From the NCBI GenBank assembly GCA_038496445.1, contig JALMLS010000488.1:1-64000 (forward strand): a stretch of 64,000 bases of DNA. Direction: 5' to 3'. The first letter of the stretch is position 1, and the number at the start of each line of letters is the position of its first letter. Positions 1 through 11,671 of the stretch are shown here, one piece after another. Both the position numbers and the translations under genes were made by a program. The notes under the pieces were generated by a model. That model saw nothing but the letters and a program-made list of their open reading frames with translations. It made no database searches and was not told the origin of the DNA. The DNA comes from Trichosphaerium sp. ATCC 40318. Taxonomy: Eukaryota > Protista > Tubulinea.

Positions 1-991
1 ACGTTTCTCTTCCACATGCTGGCCACGCAAATCGCACGTTTTGGACACGTTTTGGGCACGTTTATTATCTACGTTTTGGGCACGTTTTAGGCACGTTTAT
101 TTTCCACGTTTTGGGGCACGTTTTGGGCATGCATATTTGCCACGCATATCACACGTTTTGGGCACGCATAAAACACCACTTTATAGAGGAAAAAAAAATA
201 ACGATTTATTACGATACATAACACATAACAATTACAAAGAGGTTTGGTACAATTATTACAAACTTTACATAAAACTATCCCCAATAAACGATACCCAGTT
301 TATATCAACCAACTTCATGTTTTTGCCATTTTACCTGCTTTTTTCACCAATCCTGCCTTATCGTAAATACTTAAGCAAGAACTTACCTAATTAGGCAAAA
401 AATCTCAAATCCAATAATCGTCTTTTAAAAAGAGGTTTAGTGGAGTTATTGAGCCATAATATCCTTAAACTACCCTAAATACCTATTTTCTATCGTTTTT
501 GCCTAAAAAAGGGGCACCGAACCCCAAACCACCACGAAACCATGCATCGTACCTAATAGTGGGCCATGCTTCATTTTTTAAAGGATTCGTACTAGTAGAC
601 CTGAGTTATTCACAAAAAATAGAAAAATCAAGAAATTGTTGGTTTTTGGGTATTTTTAGATTTTTTCGCCTACTTTTAGAGCCATGCCGATACAAACCTA
701 ACTACTGCTTACTTGGGTGAAAATACATGTTTTATTGTTGACGATTGGAGGCGATCGGCTTTGGGGTGAGATGGTTGAGTTTTGAGTTTGGCAATTTTTT
801 TATTTTGAATTTTTCTCCAAATTTCTATTAAGAACAGGACATGGTTAAAACACGCAAATGGCACGTTTTGGGCACGTTTATTGCAAATATACAACACGCA
901 AATGGCACGTTTTGGGCACGTTTTGGGCACGTTTATTTTCCACGCAAATGGCACGTTTTAGGCGCGCATATTTTGTCCGATTCCACCACTG
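1..991. mobile_element. Partial non-autonomous DNA transposon/MITE-like element(s) with GGCACGTTTT tandem repeats
   Basis: Arrays of an ~11-bp (G)GGCACGTTTT unit at ~1-170 and ~850-970. The segment ends in CCGATTCCACCACTG at 991 (reverse complement CAGTGGTGGAATCGG), resembling the termini at 1000 and 2173/3310. No credible ORF; the other end is outside the window. Confidence 0.6.
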
Positions 992-999
992 TGTAGGAG

Positions 1000-1205
1000 C
1001 AGTAGTAAAATCGGGAGTACAGATAATGTACAGGTAGAGTACAGGTCAAAAAGTACGGATCCCGTACAGGTTTTGTACAGGTCAAAAGTACGGGTTCCGT
1101 ACGGGTTTAATCCGTGTCAAAAGTACGGCACCTGTACGGGTTGAGTATGGGTCAAAAGTACGGGTTCTGTACGGGTTGAGTACGGGTCAAAAGTACAGCA
1201 CCTGG
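1000..1205. mobile_element. Transposon terminus CAGTAGTAAAATCGGG plus ~36-bp subterminal tandem repeat
   Basis: Starts with CAGTAGTAAAATCGGG at 1000, followed by about five imperfect copies of GGTCAAAAGTACGGGTTCCGTACGGGTTGAGTAC. No partner terminus found. Confidence 0.6.
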
Positions 1206-1259
1206 GTTTGGTGCAGATCGTAGGTGGACAGTTTGTTATTTATTTACTACAATTACATT

Positions 1260-4130
1260 TACATAGATCTGCAATCTTCATCTTTGTGAATGTACATCTA
1301 AAGTGTCATTATGGTGATTTTGTTGGTAAAAATCCTTTCTTTTTACTGGAGTTACGGTAACTAAACACATTATTAATACTTCTTATACCATCAATTTTAC
1401 CTATTGGATACTTATCTTTGAACAATATACCTGGCTCAGTCCATAATGATGCAAATAGATTTTTCTTTATTGTCTTTTTGTTTACTCTTTTGATTTTGTT
1501 GGTTGCAGCAAATGCTCTTTAAGGAATTTTCTTATAAAACAAATGTCAATTAGTAACAAATAAATATTGGTACCTTAGCACAGAAACACATTACTGCATT
1601 TTGTACTGTTAATGCTGCAGCAGGATAAGAGTAATCTTTTTTCCTTGGAAAAGAAATTACATTAAAACTTTATCTTGCCGTCCGAAATTTTATCAATAGA
1701 AACCTTGATAAAAGATGCCACATTTTTTTTATCAAATGGTGATGCTAGAATAAACTTTTATTAGCTGTAATGGACAAAAAAACAAAACTTGGTTACCTGA
1801 GAAATAATAAACAGAGTAAACTGAAAGATCTACAAAAGCCAATGTCCCATAACTACCTTTACTTAGTAAATATTATAAAACTGCTGTACTAACCAATCCT
1901 GTTCTACACTGTCATCATAGTTGCAAAATGTTCATCAAAAAGTGGTATTGGTATCAATAATATTTCTAATGTGGTACAGTCACGTAAATTCACACGGTCT
2001 TGTTTTAGTTAAAGCCTCTTCAACACCACTTAATCCTACATTTAAATTAAAACACTGAAAAAGCAAGATAAGATACTGTTCATTGGCACTGAGAATGAAG
2101 AACTTATCTGGTGGCATCACAACAAGCACCTGTACCCTACCATCACATTGTTTGCAATGAAGGTTTTAGCAACAGTAGTAAATTAAAAACGGGATTTTCC
2201 TCTGGAATCCTGTTAAATTCCATGTTTTTTAAGGATTTTAGCGGAATTGTGGAAAAAATCCCTAAGCAATCTGAATTTTCAATTGGATTTTTGATGGGAT
2301 TTCTGCTATATTCCATTAAAATAAGGAATTCCTTGGGATTTGTAAAAAAATCCCAAACAACAATATTGGCAAATGTTGGCAGCATATCAATGGGAATAAT
2401 TGAAGGGATTTTTAACGGAATTCCGTATGGATTTTGTAGGGAATTCCCTTGGGATTTTTAATGGAATTCCATAGGGATTTTTAACGAAATTCCGTATGGA
2501 TTTTGTGAGAATTCCCTTGAAAAATATTTTTGGTGAAAATTCAAAATTATTCATTATTTCGACAACTATCAAAGCCTTACCTAACCAAGTTTTTTTTTAG
2601 TAAACCACATCGTCACCTTTTTATTGGTGTAAAAAACCAATGGATACAATGAAAAGACGTTAAATCAAAAAGTAAGCGAGATAAGTATTTTGGTGATTTT
2701 TGTTAGCAGCAATATTTCTATATCACTTACTAATCCGTTTTGAGGCTTGTAAAGCATTTCAAAGGCCTTTACACACCACTAGGACACGCATTTAGGGCAT
2801 TAATCTCAAGTACGTCGTTTTTGAAGGTTATTTCCATTTAATTTATCAAAAAACTACTCTTTTCTTATTTTAGCTTCTACGAATGCGTTATTAGCAGTTT
2901 ATGATCACGATACCAGGTGTGATAAAATTCTTGGCCAAAGATTGAAAAGATTTGATGAGTTTGACCTGTATGCGATAGCGTGTGGAACATTTGTGTTTCA
3001 TAACTAAATTATCATTGGTAAATAAAACGAATTTTGTGCTACAAGACTTGATGTAAATATTGTAAAGTATTTCAAGGTAATTTGTTTGGAATTTCATAAG
3101 AAATCCATTGGGAATTCCGTTGTTAATCCTTAAGGAATTCCGTCCGGATTCTTTAAGGAATTCCGTTCGGATTCCATAAGGAATTCCGTTCAGATTCCAT
3201 AGGGAATTCCGTCCAGATTCCATAGGAATAAAGGAAGAGATTTTCCGCTTATAAATCCTTAGGATTTTAAGACGGAATCCCTTAAAAACCCCGATTTAAA
3301 TTTACCACTGAATATCAGCTTTACAGGCTATGACAGAGCATACATTCTCATTTACTGGTCAAGTTTTGTCTAAAGCAAATTGTTTGAAACCAGAAATAGT
3401 ATCAAAACTGGCGATTTTGTGCCAACATTTTTTGTGCAAATGAAGCTGTGTGATTTTGTTTGAATAGATAACAAATAAATAATTCAAATGTGCAAATAAA
3501 TAAAAGTTTCAAATTATTCAACTATTGACATTGTTACCCTGGATGATACTGTGTTTTCAACATGTCTGTTGGAATGGTTATAGGGAGATGTGGGTGAGAC
3601 TGGTTTCATTTGGTTCTTAGGAGGTGTAGCTGGAGTATAATACTGATCAGCAAGCCTATTGAGGGTGATGTCAAGGTTGCACACTCTGTGTCATGACAGT
3701 GATAGTCCAGGAGGCTTACCATGCAGTGCTGACAATGAGTAATCTTTTGATCCTGTATTTGGAAGAGTTGTTTTGAGGTGCTTTGTTGAGGAACATGAGT
3801 AGTAATATGTTAAGTATCCTAATGGGTCAAGTAATGAGAACAAAGGCATAAACCCAGTGGTATTCCACTAGGGTTGCACACTTTGCTTGGTTAAGAAAGC
3901 CTCTATCTAGCTCAAAAATAAACATGTGGCAAAGTGTAAGAGAAAAAGTTAAACATAGAAAAGAATACATGAGCATAAAAGCCTACAGTGTAAATGACAT
4001 AAAAGAATCACAGGTACATTGATTTGGAAAATCTGCATAGCTTCTACTTCAATGGACAAAGAAGACAGAAAAGTGTTAAAACTGGGCTATAATCTCACAT
4101 ATAACTATTTGATCCATCAAGTACAAAATA
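1260..4130 (-). pseudogene. Decayed intron-containing gene, probably transposon cargo, interrupted by the 2173-3310 element
   Basis: Minus-strand peptide-like segments with in-frame stops (e.g. LSLS*HRVCNL, ILLIPIPLFDEHFATMMTV*, MGHWLL*IF, KNLFASLWTEPGILFKDKYP), intron-like GT..AG boundaries and strong CpG depletion. Product not identified; a Ulp1/C48-like resemblance is weak. Confidence 0.4.
2173..3310. mobile_element. Complete 1138-bp MITE/non-autonomous TIR element with 2-bp AA target-site duplication
   Basis: Left end CAGTAGTAAATTAAAAACGGGATTTT versus right-end reverse complement CAGTGGTAAATTTAAATCGGGGTTTT (22/26 identical). AA flanks both sides (2171-2172, 3311-3312). Inverted arrays of a ~22-bp GGAATTCC-containing unit at ~2400-2520 and ~3090-3230. 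Confidence 0.85.
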
Positions 4131-4254
4131 GAAGTAACTTCATGATGAACTATGAGATACCACCATAAACAAAAGGTACAAAAAACATAACTCGACAACT
4201 TCATAACAAAATGAAAAAAAACAAAGACATGTTAATTCTACAAAGGAAAAATCT

Positions 4255-5489
4255 TTACTGAGCAGCTGCAGGTTTTTTGAAGTTGTGTTGTTTTCTTTTT
4301 GGTCGGTAGCGGTGTCCCTTGCACACTTTACCCTTTTTACTCTGCTTTGGGGTCGTCTTAGGACCTGGTTTGGTACCAGCTTCTTGCATCTCACGCTTCT
4401 TGGCGAGTTGTGCCTCCTTGCGCTTCTCACGTCTGTAGGTGGTCATCATGGTTCTGTACGCTTTCTGTTCCTCGAGTGCTCTGCGGATAGCCTTTTGTTT
4501 GAGACTCTCACGGTAACGTCTGTGGGCGAGCTTGCGTGGGGTAATGAGGCGTTGTATTTTTGGTACTTTGACCTTTGGCTTTTTACCTTCACGTTTCTTG
4601 ATTTTTTCAAGGACGTATGGGCGAACGTCATCAGTAGGCTTGATACCCTAAACAATAACAAATGAATAAAAGGAAACAAGCGATAAACAAAAATGTTGAA
4701 ACTACGCGCATTTTAACGCAATTTACCCAAAAACAATAAAATAATGAAAGCAAAAAAAAAAAAAAAGACAACATTTTCGCGGCCAATGAGAAAGAAGCGC
4801 CAACAATATTCAAATACACGGATCGAAAATAATGTAACGTTATACGTACATTGAGCTTTCTGATCTTGTTGGCTCTCTTTGGACCCAAAGCTCTAGGGAT
4901 GATGGAATCCTTTGTGGTCAATCCCTCGATTGGGTTCTCACCTTCGCGTGTTACGACGCAGTTGATGAGGGAGGTATCACGTGAAACAATGCAACCTCTG
5001 ATGGCACGTCTTTTTTTTTGATCAGTGCGTCTAGGTTTGTAGAAACCGTTGCCTGCGGTAGCGTAAGGGCGACATTTCAACGATTTATAGCGCGCTAATA
5101 TACGTACTGCCATCAAGCAACAAACGGACTCTCTTGGCGGTGAGCACACCATTCATCATAGGGAAACCTTGTTTGTCGAATCCACCAGTGATTTTCAAAA
5201 CGTAGCCTTTAAACTCGTCACCAAGCACATCAGCGTTGACTTCCTCTGTTATTCTCTTATCGAAGAACATAGCCCTAGGGAGGATCAATTTAGCGTTTAC
5301 GCTTATAAAAAGAAGCTTTTGGGAAATCTGATGCAAAGTGATGAAAAAGTCACTAAAAACGCGAGCTAAGCGTACAATTTGTTCTCATCTTCGACGTCAA
5401 TTAGTTTTGTTGAGCCAAACTCAGGAAAAGAGATAGAAATCTATAGACGTCAGAAAGGAACACGTATTTATGCAACGCGGTACCTTCAT
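4255..5489 (-). CDS. RPS6: 40S ribosomal protein S6 (eS6), 5 exons
   Basis: Spliced MK|[22 protein letters not shown]|[39 protein letters not shown]...RGCIV...[12 protein letters not shown]...DDVRPYV...PKIQRLITP. Introns at 5483-5441, 5375-5275, 5107-5053 and 4849-4648. Confidence 0.98.
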
Positions 5490-5612
5490 CTTGTATAACC
5501 ACCTATCCTACTTGTTGATACCTTGCGGCTATGAAAAAAATAGAAGAATACGAAAAAAAAGCCTCACAAGACTAAAGTTGAAAAAACAAAATTCACCACG
5601 CCACCCGTTGCA

Positions 5613-6185
5613 ATGGTGACCATTGTTGCAGTACCTAGTTCCTCTCTTACCAATTTTGCGGGTACTCTATTTCTTGTTATGCGCACCATCGCTCATTTTG
5701 CGTGAGATATTTTGTTGGCAGTGTCATTTTGGTATTTGGTCGGCTTCTTGTTGTTGTATACTGTCTGTGGTATCGTTGCAGGTATTTTATTCGAGCATTG
5801 CGCCAAGCTTATTTCTAACGGCGTAATAAAGGCTGTATACTCCGAAAATCAGTTTCTTGTTATAAAGTGACCTTATTCTACGTGGTGTACAGTAAGTAAC
5901 AAAATCTGTCATTGTTGAGCGTAAATATAACAGCCGAACAGGTACAATTATAGGAGCTGCAGAGGGACTAGCACTAGGTACGTTGTAACTGACAAAAAAA
6001 AAAAAGCGTTGTTATTCCGTTTTGTTGTTAAGACTCACATAAAAGGCGCAATACTAGCTATACTGTACAGCAGTGGTGGATTTACGATGCCAGGCTTAGG
6101 TGCATTGTTGTGGTCGCTTGTGTTTGTTTCTATCCACTTCATTCTCGTCGTGTTGCGCAATAACGTTGAGTTCGTCTTTACATAG
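5613..6185 (+). CDS. TMEM170: TMEM170-family small membrane protein
   Basis: Manual splicing (4 introns) gives ...LTNFADILLAVSFWYLVGFLLLYTVCGIVAGCILRK...GLALGAILAILYSSGGFTMPGLGALLWSLVFV..., which matches the TMEM170 pattern (GxIxxxYxxGxFxM...W). Not captured by the ORF track. Confidence 0.7.
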
Positions 6186-6352
6186 CAGCCGAGGCAATCT
6201 TAAGAAAAAACAAAGAATCAATGACACGCATGGAGCAACGACACTCGGCAGATTTCGCTCGTTTTATTTGGCAACAAGTAACGCCGCAGGGCTATGTACA
6301 GAAAAAATTAAGCTGTCCAAAAAAAAAAAACACGGAGCGAGTTGTAGTACAG

Positions 6353-8544
6353 CTACAACGTAGGACCATTCGATGTACTAAATAACACTTTTTTCCTACC
6401 TTTGCGTGTGGGTTTGGCTGCCCAGTTAATGCCCATCTTTTGCGTGTAGCCGGTTTGTCTAGTGCCCTTTTTTGGCCAAGTAGGCGCTGCTGTTCTCTTG
6501 CTCTGTTTTGGCCTGGCGGCAGGAGCGGGTGTCTTTTTTTTGGGGCTAAGCGCAGGGAAATGATTGAGTGCTGTTGGATCTGGAGGTTTATCGATGATTG
6601 GTCCATACACGGACTGCGCCATCAAGTTCTGTGTGCCTTCCCATCCGCCAGTCATTTCTATGGTTTGAAGCTTCTCGGCGAGGTCTCTTTGGGCTCGTTC
6701 TTCGAGCTTCTTGTCTTCTTCTTTTTCTCTTTTTTCTAGGCGGCGTTTCCGCTTATTTACATTGTTCCAGTAAGTCTTGAGATGTTGTTTATCAAGCGTC
6801 TTCTCGTCCAAATCAATAATGCAAAATCGGATCTGACACGTTAAAGGCAGGTGTTGAAGGAATTTGTAGCGTTTGCGCGTTACTTCGTTGATTTCTTGAC
6901 TCTCTAAATCGACGACGGCTCCTTTTATAGTTGACGGGAAATTGGACGATGCACCGTACTGGCTCGACAGTGCCGAGTGCACAAGCGGATGAGGGAATAT
7001 GTATTGGCCCGTAGACGCCTGGTAAAAGTATACGAGCTCATTGCTGCCGCTGCTGCCGGTGTTGTCGTTGGCGGTGTTTCTATTCGTTTTCCTTGGGATC
7101 ACAGCTGCTGTTGCATCAATGTCCGCTCTCTTACGCTGACGTTTTGTGCGTTTGGCTTCCAACGCGCTCCAAGCCTTCTCGTAGAAGCGTGCTGAAGGAT
7201 CACGTGAGGATCTGAGGCCGCAAAAACAAAATTGTTAGCTGGGTGGCCGCATTACCACAACAATAAAGTGAAAAAACCGCTCTTACCTTGCAACCTGCAG
7301 TGCTTCTGACAATTCAGCAGCTTCTCTGTCTACGGTGAATTCCATATCGGTAGCCATACATACGCGGTTAAAGCGTGCGTGTGGATGGTCGAGGGAATAT
7401 AGGACGAGACCACTAGGTGTAAATTCGCCTGTGTCATATTCAGCCACTTTGCGCACTACCAAAGATTGCCTAGGGCGAACCAGCAACGTCATTTCGACCA
7501 TATCACCTGCAAGGAAAGAAAAAGGGCGTCAGTTGATTGTAGGTTATCGGCTTTAATGAGAAAAAAAAAACCCATACCTGGTTGAGGTTGAGGGTTGTTA
7601 TCTGAACGGAATGATCGCAGTTCTTCGAGCATGAACCAATTGTTGCAAACAGGACACTTGAGAGGTGGCTCTGTGTACGTTGAGTACTGAAAAACGCAAG
7701 CCCAACAGTAAGCATGACCGCATTTGAGTATCTGCCTAAATAGATAACACTTCATTAGAGATGCGTGATAGCGACTGTGTACTAACGGTGCGACAGGTTT
7801 TTCCAGGCATATTGGACATTTCTCATGCTGGGTTGGTGAAATTATCTCAACAACATCATCCCAATCCACCTTTGCTTCAGCGCTCTTGGTGTGTACGATC
7901 GCACTTTGGTTGTCTTGGCGCAAAGACTCAACGGTTCCACCTAGTACGAATCTGTGCCTGTGGGGTTACGATTGTTAAAATTCCGTCGAGGAATAAAGTA
8001 GGATGTGATGGATGGCTTACTGTGCCTGGAGGAAACGCTCCTTTTTGTAAGGGCGATAAAATGATCTAGAAGACGATCTGTGCGAAGGCTCTGCAAGGTT
8101 GTAAGCCAGATAAACAACAAACAGTACTGTGCACCTTTGTCAAGAGGGCGGTAGGAGAAGTTGAGAAGGTGATTGGCATTCACAGCCGAACGCCCTTTTT
8201 TAGTGCTTGTGCTAGCCCGTTGCAACATTATCTAAAGGTGTCAGTGAAGTGTACCTCGTGGTTAAAAAAAAATAAGCGTTATTGGCGTTTTGTTTTCGCC
8301 AAGTCTTTATTTGAATCATCAAATCGCCTCAAACTCCAAACTGTTTATGTTATGATTTATTTACCTGTTGTTGTACTATTTCTTCGCTTGAAAATTGGTC
8401 TTTAAAGTCATTGTACATTTCATGCTCTTGACGTATAAATCCTGCCTGATTGTGTCTAGCGCGCGTAGAATTACTGTAGGACGTTTTTCGCGCTGAATTG
8501 TTCCGACTATTGGCCTTTCCGCGATTGTTGGGCTTACCGCTCAT
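6353..8544 (-). CDS. RNF10: RING finger protein 10 / Mag2-like E3 ubiquitin ligase
   Basis: NANHLLNFSY, ERFLQA, DWDDVVEI, RING CPICLEKPVAP..CGHAYCWAC..KCPVC, YFYQASTGQYIFPHPL, RKRYKFLQHLP and C-terminal RKGRKKVLFSTS. Confidence 0.92.
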
Positions 8545-8898
8545 GTTTTTTAATGTTATAGAATATTTAATGCATAGGTAACACGTAAAATATTTACGCT
8601 GTCAAGAAACTACGGGTTTTTTCGGTTGTCGACGCCTGAGATGCACCCACAAAACCTGTAAAGGGCCAAACTGCCAGTTCGTTGAATGTGGCTTACTTTT
8701 TTTAATGCTTTTTTCCACATAATTGTTGCAAATCGCCACTCAAATTATCCCCCTGTTGTAATGGCGTAAATGGCGGCTTGGAGGGCAACACGTGAAATTA
8801 TTAAGGCTGGTGTGATAATGTACATAACAGTGTTTTGTTTCTTTTATTATTAAATGGAAGGTTCCGCGTAAACACAGCTCTGAGTAACTACTTGTTAC

Positions 8899-10293
8899 CT
8901 ACAAATAAAAATCTGGTACAAAGTTTACGCAATCTGCCTTATCTGGGATGACTCTAAATGAGTCGGGTACTGCTTCAAATACTACGTATTTACGCTGTAA
9001 GTGGTCATCTATTTCCATGATGCAACCAACATTTCCACACCGTCCTAAAAAGTTGGGTGCGCTCCAAAGAGTGGACACCTTGTCATTGAATAATATCTGT
9101 CGTCCCTCGAAACACAAGTTCTTACCGCGCACGAGGTGTGAAAGGTTATTTGTGTTCAAAAATGTGGTGAGTGCATCCTCTCCAAATCTATACTCGCCAT
9201 TGTTCTCCTTCTGAAAACCAATAATGTTTCTTTTAGGTTCGGATGTCAGAAAGTGTCGGAGCGTTCCTTCCACTGGCATGTCTTGCACCCGATTTAACAC
9301 ACGCGCTTGTTCCATGTTTGTGAGCAGTGGAGAAAGTCCTCCTTTTTTCGAAATGAGTCAGATTAATTATGAATATCAAATTAAAACCATAGAGTACCAA
9401 AAACAACTATCTAAAATATAAAGGGTTCGTACCGTGAACGCAAAATATTGACTCGCCAACAACGGCGCCTAATGGAAGGTATTCGAATACTTGTGCAAAT
9501 GCGGCCCTGCCACGATTCGTATTAGTACGTGACTAAATGGGAAGGCGTACCACACTGTGCTTGTGCCATATTTACGCATACATTCTGGGTAAAAAATCAA
9601 AATGTGGTTGGTGGTATGTCAAAAAAAAAAAAGGTATGAATTTTAGCATGACGTACCAGCTTGAAAGCCGTATAATTTGGACAAGGCTCGGCTCTCGTGA
9701 TGACCTCGAATCAATGTAATTCGTTCTGGGTATCTGAGTGACGCGTGTCAGTTGATGGCTATGAAGAGTGGTAGGTTGTTAACAAAGTTACCTGAGTTTA
9801 AGCGCAAACAACAATGAAACGGTTTCTACCCCGAAGTTACCTAACGTGCCATAATCACCCAAAAATAAGTAATTTACATTGGGTGGATTGCCTAGTGATT
9901 GCACAATACAGTTAGTCATCAATGTAACATTGCCTTGTAAATTAAGTACCTCCCACCCTAAATACTTCCAGTAGATCGTAGAATTGTCTGCGTGCTGTGT
10001 GTTAATGGTAACGGCATATTTGCGCAATTATTTCTGTGTCGTACCCGTGAACACTGCCAACTACTGTTAATGGAGGCTCTACGCGTATTTAGACTAATTT
10101 TAGGTCCGTAGAAATTGTACTGAGGTGTTGTATGTTTGGTCCTGGCAAAAGCAAGTCTTTCAGCTTGTCACAAAGATCTTTGATTGTGTGCGCTGGTAAC
10201 ATCTCTGATTGTAACAACCCAGCTTTCACAAACCGTTAAAAGGCTTTTTGTACGCCTTAACCTACCTATACAGACATCCACATTGAAGCTCAT
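8899..10293 (-). CDS. PP2A-family (Ppg1/PP4/PP6-like) catalytic-subunit homolog with degenerate active site
   Basis: [77 protein letters not shown]. Confidence 0.9.
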
Positions 10294-10402
10294 GCTTTTT
10301 AGATTATGTACTTGAAAATAAGTGTTTACACAAAAGGGCTACAAACTTAGTCGGGTATACTTAACCTGTTAGAACTGCAACGCATTGGCACAGCATCAGG
10401 CG

Positions 10403-11514
10403 ATGGATTTAGACGCGTACTTACAGCGTATTGGCGTTAAATCAAAACCAGCAGTTAATCTACAATTTTTGAGCGAGCTACAGCGTCACCACTTGTTACA
10501 TGTTCCTTTTGAAAACCTTGACATACACAGAGGTCACACTATTACTATGGAATTACCAAAGGTGTATGATAAGATTGTAAACAGGCGGCGGTACGTACGA
10601 GTGTCATTTGCTTGTTTTTCGACACAGCACCACTAACAAACGCATGGAAGGGGCGGTTATTGCTTTGAAGTCAATACACTGCTACAATGGGCACTAGAAA
10701 CTGTTGGATTTTCGATTACAAGGCTGGGTGCAACTGTCTATTCTACATGTAAGCTGTTACTATGCGCACGTGCGCCTGTAGCGTATTGGTCTTTCAAACC
10801 ACTTTTTACCATGCGTAGTTGGTACTTACACACTCTTGCCAACAAGCCCAGGGCACCTACGCTGACTTTGAAACACACTTAATTGCTGTCGTACATCTCG
10901 ATGGTAAGGACTACCTGGTGGACGTTGGTTTCGGGACATCGCCATGTACGCAATGCGCACAGAGCAAGCGGACATTATTTTAGCAAAAAGGATCTTACAT
11001 GAATTTTTAGGCACGCCAATGATGTTGAAGCATGACAACGTCGTAGCGATGTTTGACACCAATGTCTTTAAGCTTCTCAAACAAGCAGAGTATTGGGTAT
11101 TGCACACAAAGCAGAATGAGACGTTTAAGCCTAGCTACAGGTTTCCAATGAGCGAGCGCACATTGGCCAGTTTTTCGTCTGTGAACACATACATTCAAAC
11201 TGAGAGTCCTCTCTTCACTTCAAAATGTGTCATTACAATTCTGAGCCCAACACATCGGTACACTCTCTCGAATCTAGTGTACGTCTTCTCATTTGCGCGT
11301 GCTGTGGATTAGATGTAACTTGTGTTCCAGGCTATTGACAACCGAATTTGCCACGTGCAAGAAGACCAAAACCGAAATAACTGCGGACACATTTGTTAAA
11401 TTGTTGGTGAAGCATTTTCACTACAGCCAACAGACAGTTTCTAACGAATTTGGAGCAGACTTTGTAGAAGCTTTCAAAGATAATAAAAAACCCTGGAACT
11501 CCGTGTGGGGTTAG
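10403..11514 (+). CDS. NAT: Arylamine N-acetyltransferase
   Basis: MDLDAYLQRIG, VPFENLDIH, RRGGYCFEVN (catalytic Cys), ETHLIAVV (His) and YLVDVGFG (Asp); the triad is intact. Confidence 0.93.
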
Positions 11515-11671
11515 GGTACACCAGTATGTACCACAAATAGCATTAGTGCTTTATTTAATAGCACGGGACTTGAATGTGTTCCTCGTGTGCAACTGTTTTG
11601 TCGTGGGAATAAAAAAAATGTACAACATTCGTAGACAGCATCAGCGCCTGGCTTGTGAAGGAAAAATCTTG

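Noticed and set aside
1-970. TTTTGGG-containing repeats as telomeric repeats
   Set aside because: The unit is the longer, degenerate GGCACGTTTT(G), interrupted by unique sequence and ending in a TIR-like terminus.
1020-1205. ~36-bp periodic repeat as a CRISPR array
   Set aside because: Units are tandem with no unique spacers, there are no cas genes, the context is eukaryotic, and the array abuts a transposon terminus.
41-3223. ORF-track entries inside the repeat elements
   Set aside because: These are low-complexity translations of tandem repeats with no protein motifs.
4648-4849. snoRNA in the long RPS6 intron
   Set aside because: No box C/D or H/ACA arrangement is recognisable on the sense strand.
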